DNA of 64,000 bases from Oikopleura dioica (Eukaryota; Animalia; Chordata): NCBI GenBank assembly GCA_907165135.1, contig OU015566.1:186001-250000 (forward strand). Reading direction: 5' to 3'. The translations under genes and the position numbers were made by a program. Each line of letters opens with the position of its first letter. Positions within the stretch are counted from its first letter, which is position 1. Below the pieces are notes generated by a model that made no database searches, had not been told where the DNA came from, and saw only the letters and a program-made list of their open reading frames with translations. Below are positions 23,955 through 36,630 of the stretch, in pieces.

Positions 23955-24308
23955 TTAAAAGCGTGCATCTTGATAATTTTCGAAAATGTCGCAAATTCAA
24001 TTATTTTTTGATTTAAAATGCAAAAAAATAACCGGAAAAATGACTCTTTCCTAAAGATAATTGCGACAGCAAAATAAGATTTTGAAAAACGGCAGAATTT
24101 TGGGTTCTCTCTTTAAAAAAGCAAATTCGGCAAATTTCAGCATAATTTTGGGGGCGGCAAAATCTTTTGACTCATAATTGAATAGGTTTAAATTTTAAAC
24201 TTTAAATGTCCTGTTGTTCTGTTGCGCTTGGCGAAATAGGCTATTTTAAATAGCCTGTTCCAGTGCTTTTGGCTCAAACCACGTGTTAATTTTATTTTAA
24301 GATTAAGA

Positions 24309-27300
24309 ATGATCAAAAAATATCGTCGGATTTTTATCGTTGTTGCATTCTTGATGACTATGGGCTCCCTCTACAATATCAGGTAAATTAAAATAAAACT
24401 TGTTCTCTTACTAGAGGCCTTATACCTAAGGGCTAGGAGGTGGTAAGAGGAATCTTCGGATGTCGGGCGCGTAGGCAGGGTTGGAAACAGAGCTGCAAAT
24501 TTTTCAAAATTTTCTCGTACCGGAGATAGCGGAGCTTACCCGAGAATTTAGCAGAGCTGACCAAATTTCTTTTCTCCGTAGCTGAGCGTACGGAGCTGAC
24601 CGAATTTTTTTCGCTCGTAGCTAATCGTAGCGGAGCTGACCAGAAATTATTTGGCCGTAGCTGAGCTCTCTCCGCTAGCTCCGCTACGCAAATTTGTAAC
24701 TCTGGATGGAAATGTAGCAATGTGTTGCTGCTACATGCTACACTGGCAACATCTCTTAAAAAAATCCTTGCTACATGCTACACGTGCTACATAAAAATCT
24801 TTATCGCTTCGAATTTATTGCCTCGAATTTATCGCCAAATCGAAATCGAAATTGAATTTTTAAAATCAAACTAGATTACTTTTTTTCTTATGAGCATTGT
24901 TAGGTCTCAAAATAGACGTTATAGTAGTAAGAAGCTGAAAAATCGTCTCTTCCGGGAAATATTACTGTAAAATGTATTTTCGTCATCTTTATTTTTGCAA
25001 AACTGCATTCTAGAATGAAATTTTTGCTTTTTCGCCAAAATTTTCTCGTGAATTCTGGAGTCGATAATAACAAATCTGCTCTCAAACTTTGAAAAAATTC
25101 TTGACCACAGAAAAATGTAGCAATGTAGCAAGCTACCCTCTGCTACACGTTTTTTAAACGCTGCTACATGCTACATCAACATGTAGCAAAAATGTAGCAA
25201 TTGCTACATTGCTACATTACTACACTGCTACATTTCCAACCCTTCGCGTAGGGTCTGCTAGACCCGGGGCATTGACGATCAAAATATTAGCTCCTTTGGC
25301 CCGTTTTGATTTAGATATGTAAAAAGATGAAGTTTTCTGTAAGATAAGGCGCAGAGCGCACAAAAGCGCCTGTTAAAAGTTAAATTCTGATATATTTTTC
25401 TTCATGTACGGACCCTCGTGCTTCCGTCGATGGTAAAAATTGTTTTTCCCTTGCATATCAATAGCTGATTTCATTTCAAAGTAAAATTCATGATCAGTTT
25501 CAACAATCTTATTCGCCATCTTGGAACATCATTGTCCAATTCTCCATATTCGAAAACCTATATTTTTCTAGTGATTTGGATCACGGGTGGATAATTTGAA
25601 ATCAAATAATTATTTAATTTTTCCCAGAGCAACACTGGCTTGATGAATCAGTCTGAAATCTTCAGGACTGATTCGAATAAATAAAAGATGATAAGATGCG
25701 AAATTTCAGGCCGAATCATCAAGCCAAATTTGCTCTCGAATAAAATGGAATAATGGTTGATTTCAAAATATCCACCCCTGATTTGGATATTGATTTCAAT
25801 ATTTGGCCAATTTTATAAACTGTCATAAGTACTTATTATTATTCTACCATAAGCTCGGAATAAAAGTTTCTCGAAAATCACGAGCGTGACCATTATTTTC
25901 AGGTGGTTATCCGAATTGAAGGAGCAACAGCAGATTAAAGATAACCAACGAATTATTTTTCTGATGGAAAATGGAGCTAGAAAAAACCAAGAGGAACAAC
26001 AGTGCAGTCCAACAAATAGCATCGTTTTCGTGAAAACTCACAAAACAGCGTCTTCGACTCTTCAAAATATATTCCTTCGATACGGGTAAATAAGAATATT
26101 CTTGCTGATTAGATCTTAGTTTTTCCCATATTTTAGTCTCAAAGAAAATCTCAAAATCGCCCTCCCAAGAAATAACGGAAACAGATTTTTCTACCCACGA
26201 TCGTTTTCCAAATCAATGCTCAAAGAGTTTGCTGATGGCGAAAAGCCGGTTATTATTGCTCATCATCTACGCGCGTCAGAGGAGCTTTACGATACCTTTC
26301 CACGAGCGAGGAGAATCACGATTTTGAGGGACATTCCGGCTCTATACGAGAGCTCTTTTGAGTGAGTTAAGATTTCTTGTGCAAATTTAATTTTATCAGG
26401 TACATGAAGGATCTTGCTGTCCCCTACAAAAAAGCAGCAAATATCGAGACTTTCTACGCACATCCCAATGCCTTCTACAATCGAACGAATCCCCTTGGTC
26501 GATTTGGAAACGATGTCTTTGCCCGAAATCATCTCGCTTTTGACCTTGGTCTTGAATGGACCAACTTGGGAAAGATAGACGAAGGCATTGAATATCTCGA
26601 AAAAACACTGGATCTCGTTATTTTGTCGGATTATTTCAAGGAAAGCATGGTGTTGCTGCGGAATGAACTCTGTTGGGAATGGGAGGATGTGCTCTTTTTC
26701 GTGACAAATGAGAGGTCTGAGAAAAGGCCAATCTCTGCAAACTTGGGTAAGTTTTTAAGGAGTTATGAGGCAATTTTGCAAAATAAGCCATTTCAAACAA
26801 CGCTGAGCTTTAGACGGAATTAGAAAGTTTTAAAAACTCTTCGTCTACAATGTAGACTCTACATATAGAACTATCTTATGGGCAGAGTTGAAAAAACTTT
26901 CGAGAAAAATTATCAAGGGATTTCGGCGCTTGAGAGCCCAAAAAAGCGTGAGTCGCTGAAATTTGTGATTTTGTGATTCTAATGAAAAAATTTTTCTGAG
27001 TTCAAAATACAGTGTGAAGCTTTTTAAGGCCGATTTTCGGATGACAGCGAATTTCAAAAGTGGCCTTAAAATGGATATTGTTTGTCTCGAGTCGGATGAC
27101 AACAAAATTTTTCCTTTCTTGGGAAAAAAAAAGATAAATGAGGGTTCATAAAATTATTCGGAACTTAACTTTCTTTCACTGTTTTTGGAATATACTTTCA
27201 ACTTATTTTCTAAAAAATATAAATAGTATTATTTTTTTTCGCGCGAACAAAGTATGAATTGTAGCCTTTTTCAGAATAAGTCCTTTAAATTGAACTCAAC

Positions 27301-30300
27301 ATGATTCTTTCTTTCATTCTTTCAAAAAAATATTCGTAAAGCATGTCTTAAAAAGGGATTAACATGGGCCATGTTACATGGCAAATGCTTAGAAAAAAAG
27401 ATATGAAGAGATTCTAGTGAAGACGTCAAAGAACAGTGACGTGAAGAAGATAATTACTGAGCTTTTCCGAAAGAAAAATGGTTAAGACATTAAAGAGTCA
27501 TGGGCGGCTCCGGGCAAGAGTGATCTCCCCTCCGAGAGAGGGATGAGGTGCAGGGCCGTACTCAGCAGCGCCGGGGGTCTACCCGACTCTGCGGCACTTC
27601 CCCACACTCACCCCCCTCACGAAGTGAGAAGAGCTTTATTGAAAATTTTCTTCAGTTAATAATTTGTGTAATCAGTATTTAGAATAGTCAAACAAAATAC
27701 AGAGTAAGAATTCAGGAACAGAAAATTTAATCAAGTTCTTCTCAAGCAAATTTGTCGTCTCTATCGTGATTGATAATGATGCGATGGGAAATTCACATAT
27801 GACGCGGCCCATCATATCGCTGTCGTGTGAACAGACAGGTTTGTCTTCTGATAATGATAATGATAAAGATTGTCTGGCTGACATCTCGTCTTCCCAGCAA
27901 AATAAATTTCTTCTGACATAAAACTGCAACGATTTCAAGTGATCCTCTTCTCCACTGATCCACTTTTCTCCACTGATCGTCTCTTAGCAGCTACCGAATC
28001 TCTTCTTGTCTTCCTTAATATTTTCAATCTTTTTTCAAAAATACATTTTCATCTTAACAGGCCAATATCTTCAGACGAAGCTCCAATCGAATTGAAAACA
28101 AAATATCTTGACCATCGGAAATAATAAGCAAATTTGAAATCCAACCAAATAAAATAATTCCAATTTGTCCGCCATAAATCTCATCAATAAAGAATAAAAA
28201 TTTCTAATTTATCCATTTCAGGGTCCCCATAATTGGCGAGGCTTCAACATTCAAGAAAAAAGATAAAATAAGTTCCACTTTTCAATATTTCTAAGTCCAA
28301 CGGTGGCCAAAAAATCGTATCCATTGATAATTTAGATCCAATAATTAATCGAAAACATCCAAAAATCGTAAATGTTGACCAGATTCCAAAAATCTTACGG
28401 AAAAAAGCGGCGAGCGGTCGATTCTCTCTTACAGCAGCAAGGCAAAAAGAAATATTTTTTTTTTTTAAAAACCCAATCATCTTCCTGGGACGTGAGATCT
28501 TTCACTTCAGTTCACCAGTAAAGAGTCATGGGCGGCTCCGGGCAAGAGTGATCTCCCCTCCGAGAGAGGGATGAGGTGCAGGGCCGTACTCAGCAGCGCC
28601 GGGGGTCTACCCGACTCTGCGGCACTTCCCCACAACATTCCTCTGCGTATTTTAACACGCCTATATAATGATTATAGATTGAAACACTTTGACTTAAAAT
28701 CTAAGTGAAAATTCAAACAAGACCGTAAGAAATTATCTTTAATTGAAAAAGTCGAAAAAAAACATCGAAAAATACAAAAAAAGAAAAATAAAGATAAAAA
28801 CACAAGGTATCACGCAGTAGAAGATAAAAAGCTTTTTCAAGTGACATTTTAACTTTCGGATTTTGAACTGAAATTGAAGGAAAAGTGGCCTTAAAGTAGA
28901 TTTTTTTAGGGTGACAGATTTTGGGTTAGGGATTTAGATTTTAGGGGGTTTACTCGAAAAAGTGGCCTTTAAAGGGTCGGCCTTAAAAGTGCTTCAAACT
29001 GTAACTTTTCCAAAAACACTGATTCTTTGACCGGTGATCCTCAAATGGTGCGCCCTGGCCGGCTAAAGTTAATGTCTTTCCATTTTTGTCAGAAAATATA
29101 AAAAGCGGCGGTTATCACTTCTGACTGACTTATTTTACTTCGGTGATAATAAGGGTTAAGATACAGTGAAAACCCATTTTAAGGCCCACCCTTTTAAGGC
29201 CCTTTTTTCGGAAAATCTCCAAAATCTGTCATCCTAAAAAAATCCCTTTTAAGGCCACTTTTTTTTTAATCCGAAAGTTACAGTTTCGCTTGTAAAAACT
29301 AGTTATCATCGACTGTGTCTTCGGCCATTTTGAAGTCGATGGCTAAAAATTCAGTGTCAGCATTGTCTGTCACTTGGACTTGAAGCATTTCTTCCATCTC
29401 CATCGGAGTCCAAGGACGTGCTTCATCAATTTGAAGCGGGGAGCTACGACTCCCCGAGTCGTAGCTCTTCCATTTGAAGCGCCAGAAAATGCTCGACTAA
29501 TTCTTGTTTGTCCAGAATATTTTCTGTAACATCGAGATCTTCAAACTGCTCGATTTGTTTTCGAAAATAATTCTTTTGAAGTAGTCCTTTGTTGATCCAT
29601 GATCGCTTGAAGATTGCTGGGTTCAAGTGCATGAAGATTTCGATAGGGATTTTTGATCCCTTTCTCTGATTTGTTGGCAGAAAAATATTTTTGAAAGAAT
29701 GAAGGAAAGAATCATCAAGAGTCCAATTTAAAGAACACATTTTGAATCATACTTGGTTCGGGCGATAGAAACATGCGGTAGACTCGGGTCTTCCCCTAAA
29801 AGCCCTTATGATTCATTTTTGTCCCAAAAATATGGGAAAATTTGTTGTCATCCGACGAAAGGCAAAAAATATCCATTTTAAGGCCACTTTTGAAATTCGC
29901 TGTCATCCAAAAAGGGGCCTTAAAATGGGTTTTCACTGTATCGGCAGACGGACGGTGCCGGCACCAAAGTCAAGCATTTTTTCTGACTCATCAAAAAACT
30001 AATGTCCGCTCCGCGGCTGAAGTGTAAGGAAACTTCATTTATTGACCGAATACACCAACAATTTTGGCTCGATATCCTGTTATTTTTTTGGTACCGGGTA
30101 CCAATTTTGGATTGGTACCGGCACAGTCCGTCCCCGATCTTAACGAGAAAGGCGACTTTCACTGCAAAGAAGCAACCAATCTTATATTTAAAGCTTTTAT
30201 TAATTCTTTTTAAAAATGACAACTGCCATTGCAACGTGACTGTCAAAGGCAATCAATATCAATACATTTTCAATAGTTCTGTGAATTAAATTGAACTCCA

Positions 30301-31647
30301 AATAATTTTTTAAGATTAACCCATAAAAGAACGTCATGTTAATTATAAATGTCTCTTTTGAGGAAAAATTGCTATGATAAATTAGCAGTAGGCTTAGTAT
30401 GGAATCGTTCTTGTGAAAAGTTTTCATCGCCCCTTTCAAAAAATTAACATTACCGTGGTTTTCCATTTTAAGAGCGCCCAATGTAAGAGCGTTTTCGCCA
30501 ACATTTTGCAAATTATGTTATCTGCGAAAATTCCAATTTAAGAGCGTTTTTGAAGATTTTTATGCAATCAAAAAATTTTTAGACTCAAATAAATCATTAA
30601 CTAAAACGTGTAATCTCTGACTGCTTTTCCGGCCATTTTAAAGTCAATGGTTTGGCAGAGTCGGCTCCTTCTGTCATTTGAACTTGAGGTTCTTCTTCAA
30701 TCTCCATCGCCGACGGACCATCATGGTCGGAGCTCTTTTGCTTTTAATCTGATTCCTAGATATTTAATTTACCTATTCCTACAAAGGCTAGAAAATGTAC
30801 CCTGAGCCTCAGTGACTGAGGCATGTCTTCCCCATCATTTTCCTTCGGATTATCTATTAGATCTCCATGACAGTCTTTCTCCCATCCTTTCTTTTTGAGC
30901 CTTCACCAGAATCTGCGCATATTTTTTCTTCTAAGCCAAAGACATGTGTTTTTCTTTTCTTCTCCTGACATTTTCGTTGTTTAAATTTTGAAGAATGAAA
31001 GAGATCAGATTAAGAAAAAACGCTCGAGGAAAATCCTGAAAAAATCACTCACGTTCTCATCTTGATATACAAATACTTTTGCTTTTAGATCTTTTCTGTT
31101 TCATACTTTCGAAATTCCCTGAAAAATGAAAATAACCACTGTCATCCTATATCGATAGGAAAATTTCCAATTTAAGAGCGTTTTGAGCAAACCCTGTCAT
31201 CTAAAAAACGCTCTTAAAATGGAAAACCACGGTAATTCTTTTTCAGCACAAAGAATGCGCGATTGGAATTCATTCGACAATGCAATTTATCATCATTTCA
31301 ACACGACTTTTTGGAATAAAATCGAAGCATATAGAAATTTTGACGACGACATGAAAATTCTAGATGAAAAACTAGAGGAAATCAAAAAGTTTTGTCTGGC
31401 TAGGGAAAAAGTCTGCCCGCCGGATGAAAGCGGCTGCCAATTCAATCCTGGTGGAGGGATAAAACTCAAGGCTTTCGAGGTAATAAAAAATGAACCTCAA
31501 ATTATGATCTAAGTTTAAATATTTTAGTTGTCCGAAACCGGTAAAAAGAGCCTTCTTTGCCAGCATATGATCATGCCAGAACTGAGTTTGACTAAAAAAA
31601 TCTTCAAAAAACAATGGCCAGGCTGGACGAAATTTTACGAAGTATAA
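24309..31647 (+). CDS. GAL3ST: Galactose-3-O-sulfotransferase, complete, 6 exons
   Basis: Exons 24309-24382, 25903-26085, 26137-26361, 26400-26746, 31247-31479, 31528-31647. All GT-AG and phase-consistent. N-terminal TM; motifs IVFVKTHKTASSTLQNIF, ITILRD..LYESSF, ARNHLAFDLG, LDLVILSDYFKESMVLL, WNSFDNAIYHHFN. Confidence 0.95.
27492..28634 (-). mobile_element. Non-autonomous LTR retroelement (TRIM-like), 1.14 kb
   Basis: Apparently identical 115-bp direct repeats (27492-27606, 28520-28634) beginning TG on minus. TSD ACATT. TGG PBS-like start after the 5' LTR; purine tract GAGGGGGGTGAG before the 3' LTR. Confidence 0.82.
29164..29938. mobile_element. Tc1/mariner-type MITE carrying coding-like cargo
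   Basis: ta|CAGTGAAAACCCATTTTAAGGCC ... GGCCTTAAAATGGGTTTTCACTG|ta. Internal minus-strand ORF 29444-29740. Confidence 0.85.
30453..31232. mobile_element. Related TA-TSD MITE with homologous degenerate cargo
   Basis: ta|CCGTGGTTTTCCATTTTAAGAGCG ... CGCTCTTAAAATGGAAAACCACGG|ta. Confidence 0.82.
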
Positions 31648-32816
31648 TTTTTCGACGTGCACTTTTATCATTATTTTCTGTTTTTTTTTCTGTCCTTGAT
31701 TTCCTTATTATTTAGAACCATAAGAAAAAAAACACAAAGTTAAAATCTCATTATTTTAATTCTTTTATTTTCTCCAATATCGCATGAATCAAATTATTCA
31801 TTTTTATCAAACTACCTATCTATGTCGTGAATGACATAAATGTAGTGAACATAAAGACGAGACTCATTTTGAAGAGCAAATTTGTTTTCAACTTTCTCGT
31901 TTTTTGCCACGACATTCACGACATAGTCAAGAAGTTCCACTTACAGTGGGTTGCGCAGGTAATGCACCCTTTATGATTGCGGCGTTGCTGCAACCTTCGC
32001 CCGCACTTTTTCTATTGTTTCTTTCTAGACTTGCTCAAAGTGATTGCGTGACTGCTGCACCCTCTACCCGCTCTTTAGGGGTGCAGTACCTGCGCAACCC
32101 ACTGTATGTGGTCCTACTTCGATGTTAATTATCGGAGCCGACCCAATCAAGAAATCTTGGTCAAGATTGCTACCCTTATTGGTGACAATGACGCTTTGAG
32201 TCGCCGGCTGAATTTTCCCTTTTTCATGAGAGAAATGGTTTTCATCATTTTTGTATTCGTTTATTCATAGTAAAGCTTTCGGATCTTAAAGATCCATCTT
32301 CAGTACTATAAATTATAGTCTATAATCTAACAACCGCGTTCAAGTCAAATCTCTTTCTTGAAAAAAAATCTTTTTTTCTAGATTTGAATTGAGCCTGACA
32401 TATTTTTGTAATTACTTTATTTAATATTGACTTAATTAGCTCCCCAAGGGAAGGCTGCAATTAGCTTGGGTACGGTTGTTTTGAAGTCTGAAATAACATG
32501 TTATAGAGTTTTTTTTACTAAAACGGACGCGCGAAAGTAGAGAAAGTTGGCCACTTTCAAAAATGAGTTTCTCTTTTAAATCAGGCACGGAGCACATTCA
32601 AGCCTGTAGCATGCATGGAAATGCTGCATGCTTGATTTCGAAAATAAAAATTTCATTTTTACCACAAAAACGTTCGATTTTGGGCATAACGAACTTCGGA
32701 GGAATAATGCAAAAGTCTCTAGAACATGTTATTTCAGACTTCAAAACAACCGTACCCTGGCTAATTCCATACTTCTTTCCCAAGCGAAGAAAAAAAAAAC
32801 GAAAAAATACGAGAAA

Positions 32817-34603
32817 ATGAGTGTCAAAGAGAAACGAAGCAAAATTGAAACTTTTTCCGTTGTTTTCTTGTTTCTATGTTTTGGGAACTGGTTCGTTAAA
32901 ATCAAGAAAAAGACGTTTTACTATTTTTGAAACCAGAAATAGAGCGCTGCTAGTGACACTTATTCTACCGAAAAATGAGTGTGAAGAGAATATTCCTTAT
33001 TTCAAAATGACGGTAAAAGAAGAAATAAAAGAAAATGGCTTTGATCTTGATGGACGAAACAAAAAACTAAAATCATGCAAGACATTTGAAGCAGAGTTCG
33101 AAATCCGAGAAAATGTATTTGCTACTGGTAAACGGCGGTTTTACCTCTTTATAAAGAATGATTCTTTTTTCAAAGAATGGTTCTTTTTCGGAAAGAACCA
33201 TTTTTCTTGGTGCTCTTTGACAAGATGCCATGAAAGGAATTCAAAATTTTGGAAGCAATTTCATGTTAGAGAAAAAGATTAAGGAGGGAGTGTGCGCTTC
33301 GCGCCAGCTTTTCAAAATGTTCAGAGAATTTAGAAGAATCGAAAAACCAGTTTTTATGTCATTTTTCTCTGGAACAAAGAAAAAAAGAATCATTCTTTAT
33401 AAAGACGTGAACCCGCCGTCAACGCTGCTACCTGCTACGACTTTCTATCACCCTTTCAGACCCCATTGCTACCATTAAAGAATTTTTTTTCGCAAATTAT
33501 TAAAGTCAAACTAGATTGCTTCAAAGCTAATGAGCACTATTTACTCTCAAAAAAAAACAGCAGACTATTTGCTACTACCTCTGATGACATTGCTACCATT
33601 TGCTACCGAAAATGGTAGCATGCTACCTTTTGTTACCATTTGCTACCATCGGATTTCGAACTCTAATTTGAAGCGCTCCCAGAAAACTGGAAAACCAATG
33701 AATCTTGGGAAGTTGGGTTCATCGAGGCGCCAAAATGTCCAGAAAAAGAGCTGATTATCATCGTCAACACCGCCCATAAAAATCGAGAAAACCGACTTCT
33801 TCTCCGCCGATATTTTGAAGGTAAAAACGATCTTTTGGCGACATTCAATGATTTTTTTTTGTAGAATTAGAGAAAAAGCAAATCAATTTCGCGAAGTTCT
33901 TCCTCCTCGGTAAAGCAGAAACACCAGTCGAAAACGAGAACGACTGGATCATCGGCGATTTTGAGGATACTTACGACAATCTTATTCTTAAAACGAAAAC
34001 TTCTTATGAATACTTTGAGCGATTCTGCGGCTCGGCAAAGTTTTATCTTTTGATCGACGACGATGTTGCTTTTTACCCGGAAAAAATAATTGAGAGACTC
34101 GAGAAAGAAGAAGCAAAAGATACTATTTTTGGCAAAAGATGGAATGAAGTAAAAGGTACCGAAAATTTTAAATTTGAAATCAACATTTTTTTTTCTTGAA
34201 AGCGCACAACCATCCTTGGCTGAAAGAAAAAGGAATTTCGATTTCGGAAGAGCAGTGGGCGAAGCAGTTCTGGCCGGACTACATTGCTGGACCTTGTGCG
34301 TTTATGACGGCAGAGAGTGCAAGAAGCATGGCAAACGTTGCTCAACTGACGAAAAAAGCTCTGGCGATCCCTATTGAAGGAAATTGTTGAATTTGAAAGT
34401 CAGAATTTTAAAGTTACTATATTTGTTAACAAAAATTCACTTCAACTGCTTTTTTCGACAATAAAAAAGACGTGGCTTTCAACGGAATCCTCCGAGAAAA
34501 AGCCTGCCTCGACCTTAGAAACGAAGAAAGTCTCTGTGTTCATTTGGAAGGAAACACGAAGAAGCTTGAAAATCGAATAAATGATGCAATTAAAAACATG
34601 TAA
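32817..34603 (+). CDS. GT31 beta-1,3-glycosyltransferase, paralog B, spliced
   Basis: Exons ...-33091, 33674-33820, 33865-34155, 34203-34379, 34470-34603. Motifs ELIIIVNTAHKNRENR, FFLLG, GDFEDTYDNLILKT, LLIDDDV, WPDYIAGP, PIEDVAFNGIL. The join between the N-terminal TM frame (ATG 32817) and the downstream frame is unresolved. Confidence 0.88.
33092..33665. mobile_element. hAT-like CAGAGTT-family MITE inside the GT31-B stem-coding exon
   Basis: TIR CAGAGTTCGAAATCCG / CGGATTTCGAACTCTA. Identical TSD ATTTGAAG at 33084-33091 and 33666-33673. Confidence 0.9.
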
Positions 34604-36189
34604 AGAAATCAGCCCTTTTTTCAATAAATAAAAGATATCCGTAAATTTGAAATTTCCCATTGTTGATTTTTTGATTTTTTGAAGTGATCGAAGTGATAAA
34701 AGAAGGAATCAAGAAAGAAAATACAAACGAAACGAATAGAATCTGACAATTAATAATAACTATATAACTTGAGCCTAAGAAGGAGCCATTATTGTAAAAT
34801 AAAATCGGTCATTCTTAAAAGAGGGTTTTAATAACAAAAACTTCCTTTGAATTATTGCCGTGGACTGGCTTCCGTGAATGTGAAAAAGCAACAACTTCGT
34901 TTAAGAATGTATTTTTCCAAAGAAAAGTATGAAAAGAATTCATCTCAATCTAAAATCTATTGGAAAAGACGATTTTTTGTCCTCTCACTTTATAAAACGT
35001 CTCTTTTGAGACTTTATTGTGCTCATAAGCTTCAAAAAAATCTAGTTTGACTTTAAAAGCTTCGCGAAAAAAATTTTTCGATTTAGGGCAGAGTGAAGTT
35101 CAGTGAACAATGAACAGCGCTCGTAAACAGCATTTTGAGATTGACTCCGGAGTGTACAGTGTACAGGGGATCTCGGGGGATTTCAATTCCTAGCCGGTAC
35201 AAAAATCATATTTTTTTTTACAATAAGAACCGAGTTTTACCCTGCTTTTTAATTGGAGAGAACTCTACCTCAGCTATACATGTAAGGAGTTCTCTTAAAT
35301 TCTAGCCCGAAGCCCACACTTATTCTACAAAAATATTTGTAAAAAAACCGTAGTGGAAGGCCGATTTCTATGGAATTGTCGATTTTTAATATAATGAGCA
35401 AATTTTCGAAATTTCTAAGTTGATTTTATTAAAAATCACGTGATCTGATGAAAAATTTTTTGCTTACAACTTTCCTCTCTGACCTCGAAACTATCTGTAG
35501 AGAAAGTTTGAGGCGAAAAAACGGATTTTTTTCTTGATATCTACCTCCTTAACCTAAGCCGGCCAGGGTGCACCATCTATGGAACTGGGGTCAAAGAATT
35601 AGGTGTTTTATCCGGTAAGCAGTATTTTTTCGCCGAATAGTCTCCCTCTTCGAAGTGGACGACTTCATTCGATGCTGAAACCAAAACCCAAATCCGAACC
35701 CAAACCCGAAGCCATACTCGAATCCGAATCCGAACCCTCACCAAGGACCCAAAAACGAACCGAACAATGAACGTAGTAGACTTTGAATTGAATTTTTCAA
35801 TTCACAAATTAAAAAAAAAAGATTATGACAAGAATATATGTTAAAGTAGCACCTGTCGGAAGAGACGATTTATCAGCTTTGAACGTCTCTGTATCAGCGA
35901 TTTTTTGAGGGGATGTAGCACGTGTAGCATGTAGCAGCGATATATTGCTACATTTAGAACCCTACTCCAAAATATAACTATTTCTTTTCCTTGAAAATTT
36001 TGACTCAAAAAAAATTTTAGAATTTCTAGAATACTGTCCATAGAGAAGTATTTTTGACCTTGATCAATTCCGGAGTTTCACAAAAGGTACGGTCGTTTGC
36101 TATGTTAAATATCTTGAAGAATTCTCAAAACTTCTGCTATTATTTTTATATTTGATTTTAAGCGATCAAAACTACTTCAAAGACAATCA

Positions 36190-36630
36190 TGGTGACACCC
36201 TCCAACACTAACAGAGCAAAATCAGAAGGTAAGCTGAAATATGAAATTTGAACTTTTTCTGTATATGGACTTTACTGAATTTCAAAATTTCGACCCCGCA
36301 AATCGATTTTTAGAACAATTATGAGGCTACATTTCTGGATGTCTATCTCGACTCTTACACATCTTAATTGCTTTAAAAAATTGGGTTTTACGCCGAAAAT
36401 GACAAACATGACCAAATTTTGCTAAAATTTGAGATTTATTTTGGCTAAAAAGGGCTCCGAATAATTTTTTTGATGTTTTAAAGAAATCGAATTATTCCCT
36501 GAAAACAATATTGAAACCATTTTTCAGATCCTGTCAACTCACATAAACAAGTGGCGAAAGAAAGGACCGCGTCGACGATACAAGATATATGGTCACAACG
36601 AGTGCCTAGAAGAAAAGCCCGAGACATATG
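36190..36630 (+). other. Possible small two-exon ORF or gene fragment of unknown function
   Basis: ATGGTGACA...TCAGAAG|gtaagc and ttttcag|ATCCTGTC join in frame (MVTPSNTNRAKSEDPVNSHKQVAKER...). No recognised homology. Confidence 0.25.

Noticed and set aside
27492-27606. GC-rich 115-bp repeat as ncRNA, ribozyme or 5S-derived SINE
   Set aside because: No hammerhead CUGANGA/GAAA core and no convincing 5S, tRNA or snRNA match by eye. The paired arrangement with TSD, PBS-like and PPT-like sites fits an LTR better.
29310-30860. Resemblance of cargo peptides (FLAIDFKM, HASVTEA) to DEDDh exonuclease motifs
   Set aside because: The motifs are incomplete, in different frames or elements, and in the wrong order; too weak to name.
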